A stretch of 64,000 bases of DNA from an uncultured Nitrospiraceae bacterium (lineage in GTDB: Bacteria > Nitrospirota > Nitrospiria > Nitrospirales > Nitrospiraceae): assembly GCA_963846575.1 (NCBI GenBank), contig CAWJWJ010000001.1, positions 384,001 through 448,000 on the forward strand, in the 5' to 3' direction. This document shows positions 61,382-64,000 of this stretch, one piece after another (position 1 is the stretch's first letter; each line of letters starts with the position of its first letter). The notes under the pieces are model-generated. The model did no database searches and was not told where the DNA came from. It saw nothing but the letters and a program-made list of their open reading frames with translations. The translations under genes were made by a program, and so were the position numbers.

Positions 61382-62167
61382 TTAACACTCCCGGCAGACC
61401 ATCACAAGCTGGATAGCCATCAGGGCTCGCTCCAAATCAATCGGTTTATCCAGGACTTCTTGTGGTCCCAACGCCCAGGCTTCGGCCAGCAACGGATCGT
61501 TCTGATGGCCACTCAGAATAATCGTCCTCCCGGCATAGTCACGTTCCTTGAGCGCCTGCAACAATTCCACTCCGTTCATCTCAGGCATCACCAGATCCAG
61601 GATTAGCAGGTCGGGAACCGACTCCGACACTAACCGGAGCGCCTCACGCCCATCCGCTGCCGAACGGACCTGGTACCCGCGCAGACCGAGGAAACGGACG
61701 AGGAGATCGCGCGCCATGACGTCGTCATCAACCACCAGAATGTCTTCGCTGGGACCCTGAACACCCGCATCTCTAGAACGAGCCTGCAGGGCAGAGGCCT
61801 GTCGCTTCGACTGTTGCGCAACCCGGTGCACCGCTCCGATGAGCACATCCAAGGACAGCCCCTTTCGGACGAAATCCGTTACCCGTAACTCACGAGCCTG
61901 ATTTTCCTGATCCTCAGTGACTCCTCCCCCAAGAATAATGACGCCGGCGCAGGGGTCCTGCGTACGAATTTCCTTGAGGACGGCCAATCCATCCATTTCC
62001 GGCATGCGCAAATCGATCAGGGTCACGAGGGGACGAAGTTGACGAAACAACGCCACCCCGGCTTGTCCGCTTGTGGCCGTGCTCACCTGATAACCTTGAC
62101 GAGCGAAGGCCACCTGCAACAGGTCGCAATGCAGTCGATCGTCGTCGATTACTAACAAGCTGCTCAT
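61382..62167 (-). CDS. Response regulator with two tandem receiver domains
   Basis: LLVIDDD..IDLRMPEMDG..K and ILVVDDD..LDLVMPEMNG..KP; no output domain. Confidence 0.88.
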   Translation of the reverse strand: MSSLLVIDDDRLHCDLLQVAFARQGYQVSTATSGQAGVALFRQLRPLVTLIDLRMPEMDGLAVLKEIRTQDPCAGVIILGGGVTEDQENQARELRVTDFVRKGLSLDVLIGAVHRVAQQSKRQASALQARSRDAGVQGPSEDILVVDDDVMARDLLVRFLGLRGYQVRSAADGREALRLVSESVPDLLILDLVMPEMNGVELLQALKERDYAGRTIILSGHQNDPLLAEAWALGPQEVLDKPIDLERALMAIQLVMVCREC

Positions 62168-62321
62168 GGGGTCTACCTGATTACTTCCCGCCGAAACGTC
62201 CGTGGCGTTCACGGACGAACGGGATTCACGATCGAAAGCCTAGCATAGGACTGAAGCGATGAGAAGAAATTGCATCGAAGGCGCGGCAGTGAACCACGGA
62301 CAATCGACCGGCATGAAACAG

Positions 62322-63236
62322 TCAGAACAACGCGTCGACAAATGCTTTGGCGTCGAAATCCTGCAAATCCTCCGCCGATTCGCCGACTCCGATCAACCGA
62401 ACTGGAATCTTGAAGGTATCGGCAATCGCCACGACGATCCCGCCGCGTGCCGTTCCGTCGAGTTTGGTGAGGGCAATTCCGGTTACCCCGACCGCCTCGT
62501 GAAACTGTCTTGCCTGGGCAATGGCATTTTGCCCTACCGTGGCATCCAGCACCAGTAACACCTCATGCGGTGCTCCCTGGCACTCCTGCGCGACAATACG
62601 TTTCATTTTTCGTAATTCGTCCATGAGATTGGTCTTGGTATGGAGACGCCCGGCGGTATCGATGAGAACGACATCCGTCCCGCGTGCTTTCGCCGCCGTC
62701 ATACCGTCATAGGCGACTGCGGCCGGATCGGCCCCGGGTCGATGGCGGATCATGTCGACCTGAATGCGGTCCGCCCACACCTGCAATTGATCGATTGCTG
62801 CTGCCCGAAACGTGTCGCCGGCCACAAGGAGGGGAGATTTTCCTCCTTGCCGAAATCGTTGCGTCAGCTTCGCAATCGTTGTGGTTTTGCCGACACCATT
62901 CACCCCCACGGCTAAAATGACGAACGGACGAGGCCCCTGGGCCACCAATTGTTCCATCGAGACGGATTGTGTCGGAAGAAGAATGTCCAGGACGGATTTC
63001 CGAAGTAGATCTCGCACCTTGTCGGCCGAAGAAAAATTCCCTCCCCGCATCTGAGCCCTCAGCTGTCCCATGACCCGGTCGACCACCGGGAGGCCAAGGT
63101 CTGCACCGATCAAAGCCACCTCCAATTCGTCCAGGAGTGCCGGATCAGCCGCCCGCCCGAGCATCCGGTCCAACTGTCCCGTGACGGCGTCACGAGTTTT
63201 AGAAAGTCCGGCGCTCAGTTTTTGAATCCATCCCAC
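62322..63236 (-). CDS. ftsY: SRP receptor FtsY (NG domain only)
   Basis: GVNGVGKTTTIAKL, DTFRAAA, DTAGRLH, TKLDGTARGG. Confidence 0.96.
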   Translation of the reverse strand: MGWIQKLSAGLSKTRDAVTGQLDRMLGRAADPALLDELEVALIGADLGLPVVDRVMGQLRAQMRGGNFSSADKVRDLLRKSVLDILLPTQSVSMEQLVAQGPRPFVILAVGVNGVGKTTTIAKLTQRFRQGGKSPLLVAGDTFRAAAIDQLQVWADRIQVDMIRHRPGADPAAVAYDGMTAAKARGTDVVLIDTAGRLHTKTNLMDELRKMKRIVAQECQGAPHEVLLVLDATVGQNAIAQARQFHEAVGVTGIALTKLDGTARGGIVVAIADTFKIPVRLIGVGESAEDLQDFDAKAFVDALF

Positions 63237-63314
63237 CGCTCACCTCACTTAGACCAAGCCGTCGAAACGTCCCAGGCCGCACCCAGCCCTGCATCATAAC
63301 CGATCGATATCACG

Positions 63315-63764
63315 TCACACCACCAATCGCGGGATGCGGCCCACGCGCTGAAGCACTACGCGCTCACGACTGGCCATCCGCCGCGCTTCGCCGTCGCTTC
63401 GCTCATGATCATAGCCACATAAGTGGAGCACGCCGTGGATGAGCAATATGACCAGCTCATGATCGATACCATGCTCACGCTCACGAGCCTGGCGGATGGC
63501 CTGGGGCAGAGAAATAACAATGTCTCCGAGCAGGAGCGAGGAGGGTCCCGGTCCCTCCCGCGTGGCAAACGCCAGAACATCCGTCGTCTTGTCACGCTGG
63601 CGAAACGCCCGATTCAGGCTGCGCATCCGACCATCGCCCACGATTTCCAGGCTGAGCAATGCATCGGCTTCGCCGACCGACTCAAGGATCCGTGCTGCAA
63701 GTTTTTTGAGGGTTCCGAGGCGGAGCGTCCACCTTGTCAGCCGCATCCCGATCATCACCGGCAT
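63315..63764 (-). CDS. ybeY: rRNA maturation RNase YbeY
   Basis: TDVLAF, LGDIVIS, HGVLHLCGYDH. Confidence 0.95.
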   Translation of the reverse strand: MPVMIGMRLTRWTLRLGTLKKLAARILESVGEADALLSLEIVGDGRMRSLNRAFRQRDKTTDVLAFATREGPGPSSLLLGDIVISLPQAIRQAREREHGIDHELVILLIHGVLHLCGYDHERSDGEARRMASRERVVLQRVGRIPRLVV

Positions 63765-64000
63765 TAATGCGGTTGCCCCCAGGAATCTGTCGAGGGAAGA
63801 ACGGGGCGAGCGAGTTTGGGATCTGGCCGATGGCCCTTTGTTTGGCCTTTTTTCAACTGAGTGGAGTGGGCAGAACCGACCGTATGCCGATCATAGGCTT
63901 TGATGATCTCCTGAACGAGACGATGCCGCACGACATCCCGCTCATCAAAATAGACAAATTCGATACCGGCAATGTCCTTCAGAATATCGCGCACCTCGAT
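63764..64000 (-). CDS. phoH: PhoH family protein, C-terminal part (cut by window edge)
   Basis: F...DVVRH.LV..II.AY; upstream of ybeY. Confidence 0.85.
   Translation of the reverse strand: MEVRDILKDIAGIEFVYFDERDVVRHRLVQEIIKAYDRHTVGSAHSTQLKKGQTKGHRPDPKLARPVLPSTDSWGQPH

Overview
Bacterial chromosome segment, mostly core genes. Gene content and style suggest a Nitrospira-like organism (inference, not searched). From left to right it holds: an ABC-F ATPase; gltX followed by both tRNA-Gln genes; a complete isc Fe-S operon (iscRSUA-hscBA-iscX) with a divergent fdx; PBP1A; typA; peroxiredoxin and thioredoxin; a ZorA/ZorB-like (MotAB-type) pair with no Zorya effector genes; a Fur/PerR-rubrerythrin-Fe-S oxidoreductase-DUF3501-queD cluster; and HU. 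After tRNA-Arg and tRNA-Lys comes a decayed integrative islet (integrase remnant, deaminase, SnoaL-like protein, a Fur-box-preceded multi-hairpin non-coding region, micro-ORFs, PilZ). The right part holds: a cytochrome c peroxidase/DUF1264/cytochrome c cluster; a probable lysine-catabolic operon ending in a compact DUF1338/HglS-like gene; recQ; a Cys-loop-rich alginate-export-type porin; tatA/tatB; an Rgt-like lipid A modification cluster; an M1 peptidase/TolB-like/PAP2 operon; and ftsY-ybeY-phoH. Best novelty candidates are the Fur box plus structured RNA at about 33.05-33.48 kb, the effector-less ZorAB-like motor, and the minimal HglS-like lysine operon. All family calls come from motif recognition by eye; no database search was run.
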